64,000 nt of DNA, taken from NCBI GenBank assembly GCA_040218735.1, contig JAVJQW010000042.1, forward strand, positions 96,001 through 160,000, read 5' to 3'. Under the pieces are notes generated by a model. The model was not told the DNA's origin and ran no database searches. It saw only the letters and a list, made by a program, of their open reading frames with translations. Both the position numbers and the translations under genes were made by a program. This document shows positions 45,901 through 55,715 of the stretch, in pieces (within the stretch, counting starts at the first letter, position 1; each line of letters opens with the position of its first letter). This DNA comes from Deltaproteobacteria bacterium (GTDB lineage: Bacteria > Myxococcota > Kuafuiibacteriia > Kuafuiibacteriales > Kuafuiibacteriaceae).

Positions 45901-46813
45901 GACCGTCGTTGTTCGCGCCGGAGCCGATGATGGTCGCGTGGATGCGGTCGCCGTCCGCGTGCGCGTCTTCGAGGCGCTTGAGGAAGACGAGTCCGACCGC
46001 GTCGCTCTGCACGAACCCGTCGGCGCGCGCCTCGAACGGTCGGCACGCACCGGTCGGGCTGATCGCGCCGATCTTCGTGAACGCGACGAGGTTGTCGGGC
46101 GCGAGGTTGACGTACGCGCCGCCCGCGACGGCGGCGTCGATCTGGCGCGTGCGCAGCTGAGTCACGGCGTCGTGCACGGCGAGGGACGCGGAGGCGCACG
46201 CCGAGTCGAGGGTGTAGGCCGGTCCGCCGAGGTCGTGAACCTGCGCGACGGCGGCCGCGGCGAGGGCGGTGAGGTTGCCGCTGAGCGTGAAGGCGCGGAT
46301 GGGCGCGATGTTCGAGGAGAGGTCGAGGATGGCGTCGATGAGCTCTTGGTTTTCGGCGGCGCCGCCGAACTCACCGCTGATCATGCGCATGGCGCCCATG
46401 CGCGCCTGGATGATGCTCTGGAACTCACTGATGGAGACGCCGACGAACACACCCGTGTTGCGGCGGTTGAACCCCTTCTGCTCGAACCCCGCGTCCTGGA
46501 TCGCAGAGCGGGTCATCTCGATGAGGAGCCGCTGCTGGGGATCCATGACTTCGAGGCGGCGCGGTGCGACGCCGTAGTGCATCGCGGCGAACTCACGGTA
46601 GTCCTCGAGGAACGAACCCGCGTCGACCCACGCCTTGTCGATGTCGCGCTGACTCTTCGAGAAGAACGCCGCGTGGTTCCACCGGTCGGGGGGGACGCGA
46701 GAGAACGTCGTCTCTCCGCGCTTGATGAGTCCCCAGAACGCATCGGCGTCCTTTGCGCGGGGAAAGCGGCAGCCGATGCCGACGATCGCGATGGGTTCTG
46801 AGCTCGAAGTCAT
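39992..46813 (-). CDS. Type I PKS KS-AT-ACP-KR-DH fused to a C-terminal PLP-dependent alpha-oxoamine synthase (SPT/BioF-like)
   Basis: KS: DSACAS, EAHGTAT, KGNIGH. AT: GHSLGE, HAFHS. ACP: LGFDSL. KR: TGGAGEIG, HAAGVIDD, YAAAN. DH: HKLNGRPVVP. AOS: NYLG, YSMDGD, DEAHS, GTLSKS. Confidence 0.92.
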   Translation of the reverse strand: MTSSSEPIAIVGIGCRFPRAKDADAFWGLIKRGETTFSRVPPDRWNHAAFFSKSQRDIDKAWVDAGSFLEDYREFAAMHYGVAPRRLEVMDPQQRLLIEMTRSAIQDAGFEQKGFNRRNTGVFVGVSISEFQSIIQARMGAMRMISGEFGGAAENQELIDAILDLSSNIAPIRAFTLSGNLTALAAAAVAQVHDLGGPAYTLDSACASASLAVHDAVTQLRTRQIDAAVAGGAYVNLAPDNLVAFTKIGAISPTGACRPFEARADGFVQSDAVGLVFLKRLEDAHADGDRIHATIIGSGANNDGRGEGPMTPKVDGQLDALKRAYADAGVSPASVSFFEAHGTATTIGDPVEVEALSTLLAEHGVEQDRSPWIGSVKGNIGHAMSAAGIAGLIKAVKVVENRTAPPQPNFEATNPKLAFETRPLQVSDRVSALEARPDRLRVGVSSFGFGGTNSHIVLEEAPAAVRRAAVAVPLAVDHDEVLPEAVLVTGATRALLDAHLGGLADWLEGSDASLADVAYTLNARRTRERFRAVIGARSGAELIDNLRRAANGEVSKDVAFFDAGLSEDEPKKIAFLFPGQGAQKVGLLGALRARFATFADTFAELAQAAPVEGDLADYVYPAEANDAAEDALRATEICQPAMAALGLGVDALLKSAGVRPDVTLGHSLGEFAALAAGGAIDPAATVKLVAQRGAAMRALDLEDTGAMAAVMTDADTAREIVADVEGVVVANVNHPRQTSISGTTAGVKAASEKFAARGIDVKTLSVSHAFHSPLLNGVDEAVAKLLDDVELKAPESTVASCIADHVHGGPDAIREVLVAHATAPVEFVRGLEQARDAGATVFVQVGAGAMLTSFARATLGAEHTFVTLSTSDDDRGYELLRGVATLAAIGAPVDFEPLYTGEGRRVVSLPETPIERQSYWPVKDQPQPIAEMTPIQREGARGVSLVAATTTPDQVPQSLVELFASQNRLLQQHAEVMAQQNALLLGGQVEVPELPKAAAPAPIETRVAAAIAEPEAPTPEPAAPTPVVETPPDDDVREQVFGIVAKISAFPRDNLRGEQRLVDELGFDSLMVADLGGALEGSYPNLGGLPPELFNLKTTLSDVADHVVKVVTSAPEVAPEPEVEAPKVPATSYRVQAVARPRPDLGLADVTGQTWLVTEDDTDASAAISAELMKRGATVLRVRFARDGVAAPARLVKNALNLWPQSFVDGLPEAIRNVGVTLDGFVHAAALGLADASDFDNPVLVLHPLIAQLDVKRIGVVTGLGGRLGLERSPRLARNILQSPLHGYTKSIARERNNAIVRVLDVDDSLPAAQIAGWVSDELLGADRTVAVGFDGDRFVAELVPAPVGQPAKRRIDKDDVVVITGGAGEIGSVVARWVAAQKPKAVMLVGRRQQDERITKLLTELGDNAVYVSADAASTEALRTATKPHLEKFGPVTVAFHAAGVIDDAPATKKSLASVERVMNAKVKGMQAILQTFPTLRDLVLFSSWAGHFGNAGQSDYAAANELLDRIAVAGVGATRVLSVAWPPWSSTSMVASIPETIRRAMATQGVTFLDDDEGVERLERAFVEGAAGLLLVGRDLPVRDTAARSAVAFSTTTHPYLLDHKLNGRPVVPLASAADLVAWTFSEAASTSGAMVVTDLDLVRGVFGDDTVQADLRGRRSNETEQATVELSVDGSTAYRAKVATERLQDPPQLITLSGTIETPETSLDAFYENQTFHGPMLRGIESIERMTNLGIKGVVRTSKIGDWILGTERTSWTLDPLVVDGSFQLAGFWLFAHHGRAGFPTGFDRFVLVRPFGDQPVHCTVELDAIGDDTFAGRIVYTSATGQLFGWIDGIRGRFAELEAKPSNGTVVDDVAREAWDIGAFPEVELLEQRFEMARLIGLDNPYFAMHAGTAKDTSVIDGVEMLNYSSYNYLGFSGHPEVVAAAQEAIERYGTSVSASRVASGERPLHRDLETKIAEHVGVDDSIVYVSGHATNVTTIGHLFDRNDLIVHDSLIHDSILQGIYLSGATRRPYQHGDLDALDRTLAQVRKNYRRVLICAEGIYSMDGDICNLPRIVEIKKRYKTLLLVDEAHSIGVLGHAGRGIAHHFDDVDPRDIDLWMGTLSKSFASCGGYIAGSEKLVRYLKYTAPGFVYSAGITPPNAAAALKSLELMQSHPEVVERLRDRSRFFMDYAKSRGIDTGLAMGAAVVPAIIGNSMDCMKVSQALKERRINVQPIVYPAVEDDAARLRFFISALHSEEQLKHTVDVLVEELAKVRAQSGTEQPSAST

Positions 46814-46852
46814 GATGTACGAAGCCTTTCGGCCGAAGGGGGGAGGGGTGAG

Positions 46853-47659
46853 TCAGGCCGCGGGCTTGCGGAGCGCGGCGCTCGCGCGCGTGATGTCTTC
46901 ACGCGTGACGCCGACCTTCTTCAGCGTGGGGAACCACACTTCCTTGAAGAAGACGCCGCGGTCCACGCCGCCCGTCTTGCGCATGACATCGGTCCGCGCG
47001 TCGTAGTCGGGGACGAGGTTGGCGCCGGGCATCCGGAAGTTCTTGAACACGATCGCCATGTCGCGAATCGCGCCCTCGCGGTCCTCGACGATCTCGAGCT
47101 GCGTGACCTTGCGGTAGAAGTCCGCGTGCGCCGCTTCGTCGCGGCCGACGAAGCCGTAGATCGTGGCGAGCACTTCGTCGCCGCGATCGCGCGCGAGCTT
47201 CTCCTGATGTTTGTACATCATGAAGGTCGCGAGCTCCTGGACGGCGCCGTAGAACGTCATCTGACGCGCGGTCTCGAACGGGAGCTTCCACTGCTTGCCG
47301 AGGATCTCTTCCTCGTAGTCGAACATCTGCGACGCGGTGCGCTGGCCGGAGCGCACGAGGTACTCGCGCAGCGCGAGCGCGTGCTTCGACTCCTCGTAGC
47401 CCCAGTTCGCGGAGAACCAAGCCCGACCGAACATGTCGCGGACGACGTTGATCCCCTGCGACACGTAGTCGGGGAGGTACGACTCGACGCCGACGAAGGT
47501 CTCCGCGCAGAGGGCGGCGTCCTCGTCGTTGTTCGACGCGTCGAGGTCATCCCACGGGATGTCGGTGAAGACACTCCAGCGGCGGTTCTTCTCCGCCCGC
47601 TCGAAGAACTCCATGTACTCGCGATAAATCGCCTCGCGAAACGCTCGGTTCTTGGCCAC
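46853..47659 (-). CDS. Soluble acyl-ACP desaturase (ferritin-like diiron)
   Basis: Two ExxH motifs (WGYEESKH, DEAAH), plus QELAT and FRMPG. Confidence 0.85.
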   Translation of the reverse strand: MAKNRAFREAIYREYMEFFERAEKNRRWSVFTDIPWDDLDASNNDEDAALCAETFVGVESYLPDYVSQGINVVRDMFGRAWFSANWGYEESKHALALREYLVRSGQRTASQMFDYEEEILGKQWKLPFETARQMTFYGAVQELATFMMYKHQEKLARDRGDEVLATIYGFVGRDEAAHADFYRKVTQLEIVEDREGAIRDMAIVFKNFRMPGANLVPDYDARTDVMRKTGGVDRGVFFKEVWFPTLKKVGVTREDITRASAALRKPAA

Positions 47660-47675
47660 GGCCTTGGTCCTTCTT

Positions 47676-47915
47676 CTAGCTGAGTCGGCTGACGAGCGTC
47701 GTCAGGTCGCCCATGTTCTTGAGCGTCGCGAGGTCCTCGTCGGGGAAGCGCACGTTGAGCTTCTCTTCCATGACGCCGATGACTTCCATCGTCATCACGG
47801 AGTCGAGGCCGAGCGATGCGAGCTCGGTCTTGGCGGTCATCTCACCGAGCTTCACGTTGCCGTCGACCTCGGCGACCGCCTCCTGGAACAGGGCGATGAT
47901 TTGCTGATCGTTCAT
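47676..47915 (-). CDS. Acyl carrier protein
   Basis: LGLDSV motif; 79 aa and acidic. Confidence 0.9.
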   Translation of the reverse strand: MNDQQIIALFQEAVAEVDGNVKLGEMTAKTELASLGLDSVMTMEVIGVMEEKLNVRFPDEDLATLKNMGDLTTLVSRLS

Positions 47916-47924
47916 GGTTCGGAC

Positions 47925-49736
<1,812 letters not shown>

Positions 49737-50041
49737 TTCGGTCTCCTTTTCGGGGCCTGCATTCCCGGCGCACGGGTCGGAAATGAATGACGATTCAGTG
49801 CCCAAGGCGCCGCTGATATGCCTCCCACCGATCGGTCCGTCAACGTTCATGTGGAGCGTGTTGGTCCGCACAACCCACCGACTTTTCAGCCGGTTTTTGC
49901 CAAGCCGCCGTTTTGTCCCACCATCCGTGACCTACCGACGCGTCGGAAGCGCCCGTACATTTCGGTACTGAATCCGTGTGCCGTGGATGGTCGATGGGCC
50001 GGTGGCGGCACGCTGCGATCCCAGGTATCTGCGGACCCGCG

Positions 50042-50395
50042 ATGCCCGCCCACCTAGCGCAGGTCTGCCTGTTCAACACGAATGGCGATCCACTGAAGCG
50101 ATTCTGTCAGATCGTCTCCGGCCAAGTGGAGATCGACAACGGCAGTCTGTTGTCGTTCCACATGGGCCACTCCACCGTCGCGCATCATCCGCCGGCTGGT
50201 GATCTCGGTGAGAACGACGTCCTCGTGACGCTCCAGGTCGCGACACCGCAGGAGGTCGACCGCATCTACGCGCAGCTCCTCGCATCGAAGCTGCGCGTCG
50301 ACGATCGTCCGGAAGACACGGAGTGGGGCTGGCGCATCTTCTACTTCCGCCCCGCGCCACACCTCGTCTTCGAAGTAGGAGCCCCGCTCGGATGA
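50042..50395 (+). CDS. VOC/glyoxalase family protein
   Basis: EVDRIYAQL...PEDTEWGWRIFYFR; start probably ATG 50042. Confidence 0.75.
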   Translation: MPAHLAQVCLFNTNGDPLKRFCQIVSGQVEIDNGSLLSFHMGHSTVAHHPPAGDLGENDVLVTLQVATPQEVDRIYAQLLASKLRVDDRPEDTEWGWRIFYFRPAPHLVFEVGAPLG

Positions 50396-51453
50396 TCGAC
50401 GATCAGTCACCCCGCGTCCTCGTCATGGGGCTGGGCGGCATCGGCGGCATCGTCGCCGCGCACCTGGTCGAGCAAGGCTGCACCGTCACGCCGGTCAGCA
50501 CGAACCAAGCGATCCGCGACTCGATCGAACGCAGCGGGTTCTGGGTCGGCGGCGACGGCGAGACACGCATCATCCCGGGCACCGCGTTTGCGGAGCCGCC
50601 GATCGACGGCCCCGGCTACGACTACGTCCTCCTCGCCACGCAGCCGCCGCAGGTCGAGGTCGCCGCGCGGACCGCGATGGCTGCCCTCGCCGACAACGGC
50701 GTCATGGTCTGTTTCCAGAACGGCCTGTGCGAGGAGCGCGTCGCGAAGCTCGTCGGGCGCGACCGCGTCATCGGCGGCATCATCGCGTGGGGCGCATCGA
50801 TGGTCGGACCGGGGCGTTACCAACGCACGTCGTCCGGCGGCTTCACGCTCGGCTGCCTCGAAGGCGACGCCGAGGAGCGCTGCGACGAGCTCGGCACGAT
50901 CCTCGAGTGTATCGGTCCCGTGCAGGTCACCGACAACCTCCGCGGCGCGCGGTGGAGCAAGCTCGCGATCAACTGCGCGATCTCTTCGCTCGGTACCGTC
51001 GGCGGCGACCGGCTCGGCAACCTCCTCGCGCACCGCTTCGTCCGCCGCCTCGCGCTGGAGGTCATGACCGAGACCGTCGAGGTCGCGCGCAAGGAAGAGG
51101 TGAAGCTGGAGAAGGTCGCCGGCACGCTGAACCTCGAGAAGCTCGCGTTGACGGACCAGGAGAAGACGTCGAGCGGTTCGGCTTCGCTCGTGAAGAAACA
51201 CGCGCTGCTGCTCGCGGTGGGCGCGCGTTACCGTCGCCTGCGCTCCTCGATGCTCGCCGCGATCGAACGCGGTCGTCGCCCGGCCGTCGACTACCTCAAT
51301 GGCGAGGTCGTCTCGCGCGCGGATCGCCACGGCATCGCGGTCCCGGTGAACGACATCCTCCAGCGCACCGTGCACCGCATCGCCGACGGTGAGCTGCGCC
51401 CCGGCATCGAGCTGCTGCGGCGCATCTACGACGACACGCGGCCCCCCAACTGA
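50392..51453 (+). CDS. panE: 2-dehydropantoate 2-reductase (ketopantoate reductase) family
   Basis: GLGGIGG, FQNGL, WSKLAINC, SSMLAAIERGR and YLNGEV; ATGA overlap with the VOC gene. Confidence 0.8.
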   Translation: MIDDQSPRVLVMGLGGIGGIVAAHLVEQGCTVTPVSTNQAIRDSIERSGFWVGGDGETRIIPGTAFAEPPIDGPGYDYVLLATQPPQVEVAARTAMAALADNGVMVCFQNGLCEERVAKLVGRDRVIGGIIAWGASMVGPGRYQRTSSGGFTLGCLEGDAEERCDELGTILECIGPVQVTDNLRGARWSKLAINCAISSLGTVGGDRLGNLLAHRFVRRLALEVMTETVEVARKEEVKLEKVAGTLNLEKLALTDQEKTSSGSASLVKKHALLLAVGARYRRLRSSMLAAIERGRRPAVDYLNGEVVSRADRHGIAVPVNDILQRTVHRIADGELRPGIELLRRIYDDTRPPN

Positions 51454-51460
51454 CGCACCA

Positions 51461-52396
51461 GTGACCCTCCGGGTGATGACATACAACGTCCGGTACTTCG
51501 GACACGTGGCGCCGATGCGTGGTGCGGCGTCGCGGCGTGTCGCGATCGACGGCATCACGGACGCGATCGCCAAGCTCGACGTGCTCCCGGACGTCATCTG
51601 TCTGCAGGAGGTCGAGACCCGGTCGCTGCGGTCGACGTGGTCGCACACGCCGAGTCACCTCAACGAGACGCAGATCCAGGCGTTCATGAAGCGGTTCGAC
51701 TGGGCGCTCGAGTACCGCGATCGCACGCACCGCTACCGGCCGCACTACTTCCCGGCGCACACCTATCGCCTGGGCAACGCCCAGATCTACACCACGGGGC
51801 TCGCCGTGTTGGTGCGGGACGACGAACACGTCGTCGCGGCGGTCGGCGGGCACGGCGAGATTACCCACCGTCGCAATGGCCCGTCGGCGAAGTGGAAACA
51901 GTCACGCATCTGCGCGCACGTCCGGGTGGCGACGCACGACGGTTGGGACGTCGACATCTTCAACACCCACCTGTCGCTCCCGGCGTTCTTTTCAAAGGAT
52001 TTCTACCGAATCCCGGGGCGCATGGGCTGGGGCAAGAACCAGTCGCGGGAGATCGACGCGCTGGCGTCGTTCGTCGCCGAGCAGCGCTCGAGTGATCGCT
52101 ACCTGATCGTCGGCGACTTCAACTCGCTCCCCGGGTCCCCGGTGTACCAGCAGATCCAGGAGACGCTCGCGGTGCGCGACCCGTTCCCGGAGGTGCTCGG
52201 CACCTCCGTCGATGCGCTACGCACCGGGTGGCCCACCGCCGGGTTCCTGCGTTACCGGATGCGCCTCGACCACATCTTCGCGGGCCCCGGCCTGAGGTGG
52301 CTCGACTTCGAGGACACCCACCCGTTCGGCGCGGAGGGGCCCTGGGACGGCCTCTCGGATCACGTCCCGATCGTCGGGCGCTTCGCGATCACTTGA
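51461..52396 (+). CDS. Endonuclease/exonuclease/phosphatase (EEP) family protein
   Basis: VMTYNV, CLQEV, NTHL, GDFN, LDHIF and SDHVP. Confidence 0.85.
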   Translation: MTLRVMTYNVRYFGHVAPMRGAASRRVAIDGITDAIAKLDVLPDVICLQEVETRSLRSTWSHTPSHLNETQIQAFMKRFDWALEYRDRTHRYRPHYFPAHTYRLGNAQIYTTGLAVLVRDDEHVVAAVGGHGEITHRRNGPSAKWKQSRICAHVRVATHDGWDVDIFNTHLSLPAFFSKDFYRIPGRMGWGKNQSREIDALASFVAEQRSSDRYLIVGDFNSLPGSPVYQQIQETLAVRDPFPEVLGTSVDALRTGWPTAGFLRYRMRLDHIFAGPGLRWLDFEDTHPFGAEGPWDGLSDHVPIVGRFAIT

Positions 52397-53167
52397 TCAG
52401 CGGCAGGCGGGGCCGCCGGCCTCGACTACGCACTGTTGCCCGGCTTCGCAAGGTGGGTTGCACGCGGAGCGGCACTGCCGCTCGACGCAGACGAAACCGG
52501 ATCGACAAGCGGGGACACATCCCGTCGGCGCGGGCGACGGGACGCCGAGCTCACACGCGTGCACCGCTCCGTTGGAGACACAAAGGTTCATGTAGCGCCG
52601 GAGATCTTCCTCGTAGGTCGCGAATGCGTCGGCCGCGGCATCTTCCGACGACTGCCGCTTCAACATCATCCCGATGCCGCCCCAGAGGCCGCCCACGGTG
52701 ACGATTCCGAGCCCGAGGAGGAGTGGGATCAGCGGAAGGTCGAAGTCGTCGGAGTCGCGGGTGAAGAGCGGCACCACCGCCACCGCCGAGCCGCCGACCA
52801 TCGATCCGACGAACAACCACGAGTACCAGCTCGCCGACGACCGGTCGTCGACACTCTCCATGGCCCGCAGCGCCGTCGAGGATCCCTCGGGAACGATCGG
52901 CAGCAGGTCCTCCGGGAAGTGCACCTTCGCGCCGCCCTTGAGACGCATGTAGTCGGTCGTTCGGATCCCGGGCGAGGCCACGTAGCCGGTGACCACGTAG
53001 TTCTGCGTGCGATGCACCTGTGTCGGCGCGAGCTCTTCGTAGGCCTCGATTCGCTCTTGCGGCGTGGCCGTCGGCTTCGGCGCCTCGAGGGGGACGTGCG
53101 CGTAGCAGCTCGTGAGCGTGGTGAGCAGTGCGGTGAATGTGGCGATGGATCGTCGCATGGTTGTCAC
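52397..53167 (-). CDS. Hypothetical lipoprotein/membrane protein with Cys-rich tail
   Basis: Lipobox LTSC, two TM segments and tail CVPACRSGFVC...C...CNPPC...C. Confidence 0.7.
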   Translation of the reverse strand: MTTMRRSIATFTALLTTLTSCYAHVPLEAPKPTATPQERIEAYEELAPTQVHRTQNYVVTGYVASPGIRTTDYMRLKGGAKVHFPEDLLPIVPEGSSTALRAMESVDDRSSASWYSWLFVGSMVGGSAVAVVPLFTRDSDDFDLPLIPLLLGLGIVTVGGLWGGIGMMLKRQSSEDAAADAFATYEEDLRRYMNLCVSNGAVHACELGVPSPAPTGCVPACRSGFVCVERQCRSACNPPCEAGQQCVVEAGGPACR

Positions 53168-53736
53168 CCACCGAGCCGCGGGGCGGCCATCAGGAAGCAG
53201 TCGAGCACCTCACCGCAGGCCGCGGCGGGCACGAAGCATCCGTTGAGCTCCACGATCACGGACGTCTCGTACAGCTCGATGTTGCTGTCATTCGCGCACA
53301 GCGCGAGCGGGAACGTGTCGCCGCAGTCGGTGTGTTTCATCGTGCAGGCGTCGCGCAGCATCGTGTCGATGTCGCGCGTGCCGGCGGCCTGTGCGGCCAT
53401 CGAAAAGCAGCTGTCCTCGTCCCCGGCCACCGAGCAGTCGTCCCCGACCCCGAGGCACGACGCGAGCGCGTCGATCGCCGCGGGGCGAATCAACGCGGCC
53501 CAGTCCTCGCAGTCGGCGCCGCAGTAGTCGCTGACCTCCCCGGCGTTGCAGCGCGTTTCGAAGTCGCAGCGCGCTTCGCAGAAGCTCGGCGGGGGGCCGC
53601 CGTCGCGCGGTTCCTCGACCCCCGCATCGCGGGTGCCGGCGTCCTTCACGACCGAGCCGCCGTCCCGAGCATCGTCGTCGTCGGTGCCGCCGCTGCAGGC
53701 GGTGAGGAGGAATAGGCAGAGCAGGGCGCGTCGCAT
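53164..53736 (-). CDS. Cys-rich lipoprotein
   Basis: MRRALLCLFLLTAC, a DGG/DAG linker and many spaced Cys residues. Confidence 0.7.
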   Translation of the reverse strand: MRRALLCLFLLTACSGGTDDDDARDGGSVVKDAGTRDAGVEEPRDGGPPPSFCEARCDFETRCNAGEVSDYCGADCEDWAALIRPAAIDALASCLGVGDDCSVAGDEDSCFSMAAQAAGTRDIDTMLRDACTMKHTDCGDTFPLALCANDSNIELYETSVIVELNGCFVPAAACGEVLDCFLMAAPRLGG

Positions 53737-53876
53737 GACGCGGCTGTACCTACCACGGCGCGGGTCGGAGATCCGAAACGTGCGCGATCCCACGCGGGGC
53801 TGGTCGACACTGGATTGCCATCACCTGTCCCTCGGATCTCCGCACCCTCGCAACGGCGAAGCATTAGACCGAAAGG

Positions 53877-54479
53877 ATGCCCAAACGTTACTCGCAGGAC
53901 GATCTGAAAGCCGTTGTCGCGCTCGCCGCCGACCACGACGCCGCGGCTGACCTCTCGGAAGACGAGCTCCTCGACGTGTGCCGCGCGGTGGGCTTGGAGG
54001 GGCCCGCGGTTGACGCCGCGATCGCCCAAGTCGCGCGCCGCGGCGATCGCCGGCGCGCGCTCGTCGGGGCCGTCGTCCTCGTGTCCGCGGTCGGAGGTGC
54101 CTTGGCCTTCGGCCGCGAAGGCATCCCGCTCGCACTTCACAACGAGCGCTCCTGCCCGGTCGAGATCGAGGTCTTCGTGCCGCGCGTGTCGACGGCGTGT
54201 TCTCAGGCTTCACGCCCTCCGCGGGCCAGCGACTACTGTCGCGTCGCCCTCGTCCAGCTGCAACGCGACGAACGCTCGCGCGTCGATATCCGTGACGCTG
54301 AGCGCTGCCCGTGGGTTTGGGTGCGAAGCGACCTGGACTCCGTGACCTTCCGACTCCCTGCGTCCGTCGAGCTCGAGCACGACGGCGTCTTCGACGAGAA
54401 GGGCCTCGGCGCGCCATCGAAGTTCACTGAGCCCCTGATCGATGAGCGCCAGCCCGAGGACTGCGGAGGTGTGTCGTGA
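53877..54479 (+). CDS. Hypothetical single-TM protein
   Basis: N-terminal YSQDD...LSEDELLDVCRAVGL helical motif and one TM; GTGA overlap with the next gene. Confidence 0.6.
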   Translation: MPKRYSQDDLKAVVALAADHDAAADLSEDELLDVCRAVGLEGPAVDAAIAQVARRGDRRRALVGAVVLVSAVGGALAFGREGIPLALHNERSCPVEIEVFVPRVSTACSQASRPPRASDYCRVALVQLQRDERSRVDIRDAERCPWVWVRSDLDSVTFRLPASVELEHDGVFDEKGLGAPSKFTEPLIDERQPEDCGGVS

Positions 54480-55711
54480 GTGAGCCCGTCGTTCGTGACG
54501 TCGTCGCAGCCTTCGGCGCGCTCGCGATGTTGGCGGCCGCGTTGGTCGCAGAGCACCACGGCGTCGTGACGCCGTTGGCCGGAACCACCGTCGCGCTCGC
54601 GTTGATGGTGTGCGGGCTGTTCGGGAGCGCGCCGATCAGCCGCGTCGTGCAGACCGTCGGCGGGGTGCTCGTGTTCACGTACTTCGTCCTGACGTCGGGG
54701 CCATCCTGGTTCGGAACGTGTGGCCTGTTCGTCGTCGCCGCCGCGTTGGTGTTCCTCGTGTTCGCGGACCGTGCGTTGGAGAGTGTCACCTGCGGGATCG
54801 CCGGTGCGCTGGTCGTGAATGGCTGGTGTTTGTCGGGAGGCCTCGCGGGGCCCGAAGCGCTCGCGTTGGCCTTCGTCGGCTGGGTCGCCAGCTTCGGCGC
54901 CGCGTTGACGCTCACCGGTCGCCAAGACGACGCTCCCCCCTACCGAAGCGCCGTGGTGTCCACGGTGCTCACCACGCTCGCGATGGTCTCCGTGGCCTTC
55001 GACCGCGGTGGTGTCACCGAAGGGGCCATCGCCGCGTCGGCGTGTGTCTTCGGCGGCGCGCTGCTCTTCAGACGAGCGGAGGCCCTCGGCGTCGGGCACT
55101 TGCTCCTCTTCGCGGGTGCATTCTTCGCCATCGTCGGAGCTACCGCGTACTACGACGACGTCGATCTCGCGTTTGCGCTCGGCACCGTTACGCTGGGTCT
55201 CGCCGCGGCCGCTCGCATCGCGCGCGCCGGGCAGGCCTGGGCTCCCGCCGTCGTGAGCACCGCGGTGTTGTGCCTCGCGTTCGCCGTGAGCTCCCCGCGC
55301 GTCGGTGCTCACGACGGCGACTACGTTCAGCAGTGGGTCGCGCTCGCGGCGCTGTTCGTGGTCTTGCAAGCTACGTTGCGCCGGTTGTCTCCCGTGATGG
55401 TGAGACCGTGGTTCGAGATCGCCGGCGTGCTCATGGCCGTCGCGGCCGTCTCGACGGTGCTCACCGCCTGCGGGATCGCCGGCTGGGGCCTCTCAGTGTT
55501 CTGGGCGCTGCTCGGCGTCGTCTTGTGGTTCACCGAGCGCAGAGCGCTTCGGATCGTCGCGGGCGTCCTCGCGATCACCGTCGTCCTCAGGCTCGGCGCG
55601 GATTGGGCCGACCTCGGCAGCACCGCGCGGGTCGCGCTGTTGTTCTCGCTCGGCGCCGGCGCGACGCTCTGGGCCGCGTGGGGGCCCAGCTTCGCGGGCA
55701 CGAAGTGCTGA
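54476..55711 (+). CDS. Polytopic integral membrane protein
   Basis: More than ten hydrophobic segments. Confidence 0.65.
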   Translation: MSEPVVRDVVAAFGALAMLAAALVAEHHGVVTPLAGTTVALALMVCGLFGSAPISRVVQTVGGVLVFTYFVLTSGPSWFGTCGLFVVAAALVFLVFADRALESVTCGIAGALVVNGWCLSGGLAGPEALALAFVGWVASFGAALTLTGRQDDAPPYRSAVVSTVLTTLAMVSVAFDRGGVTEGAIAASACVFGGALLFRRAEALGVGHLLLFAGAFFAIVGATAYYDDVDLAFALGTVTLGLAAAARIARAGQAWAPAVVSTAVLCLAFAVSSPRVGAHDGDYVQQWVALAALFVVLQATLRRLSPVMVRPWFEIAGVLMAVAAVSTVLTACGIAGWGLSVFWALLGVVLWFTERRALRIVAGVLAITVVLRLGADWADLGSTARVALLFSLGAGATLWAAWGPSFAGTKC

Positions 55712-55715
55712 GACG

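Noticed and set aside
39992-46813. Enediyne PKSE or PUFA synthase
   Set aside because: The C-terminus is an AOS rather than a PPTase, there is a single ACP, and no thioesterase/E3-E5 or pfaBCD genes are present.
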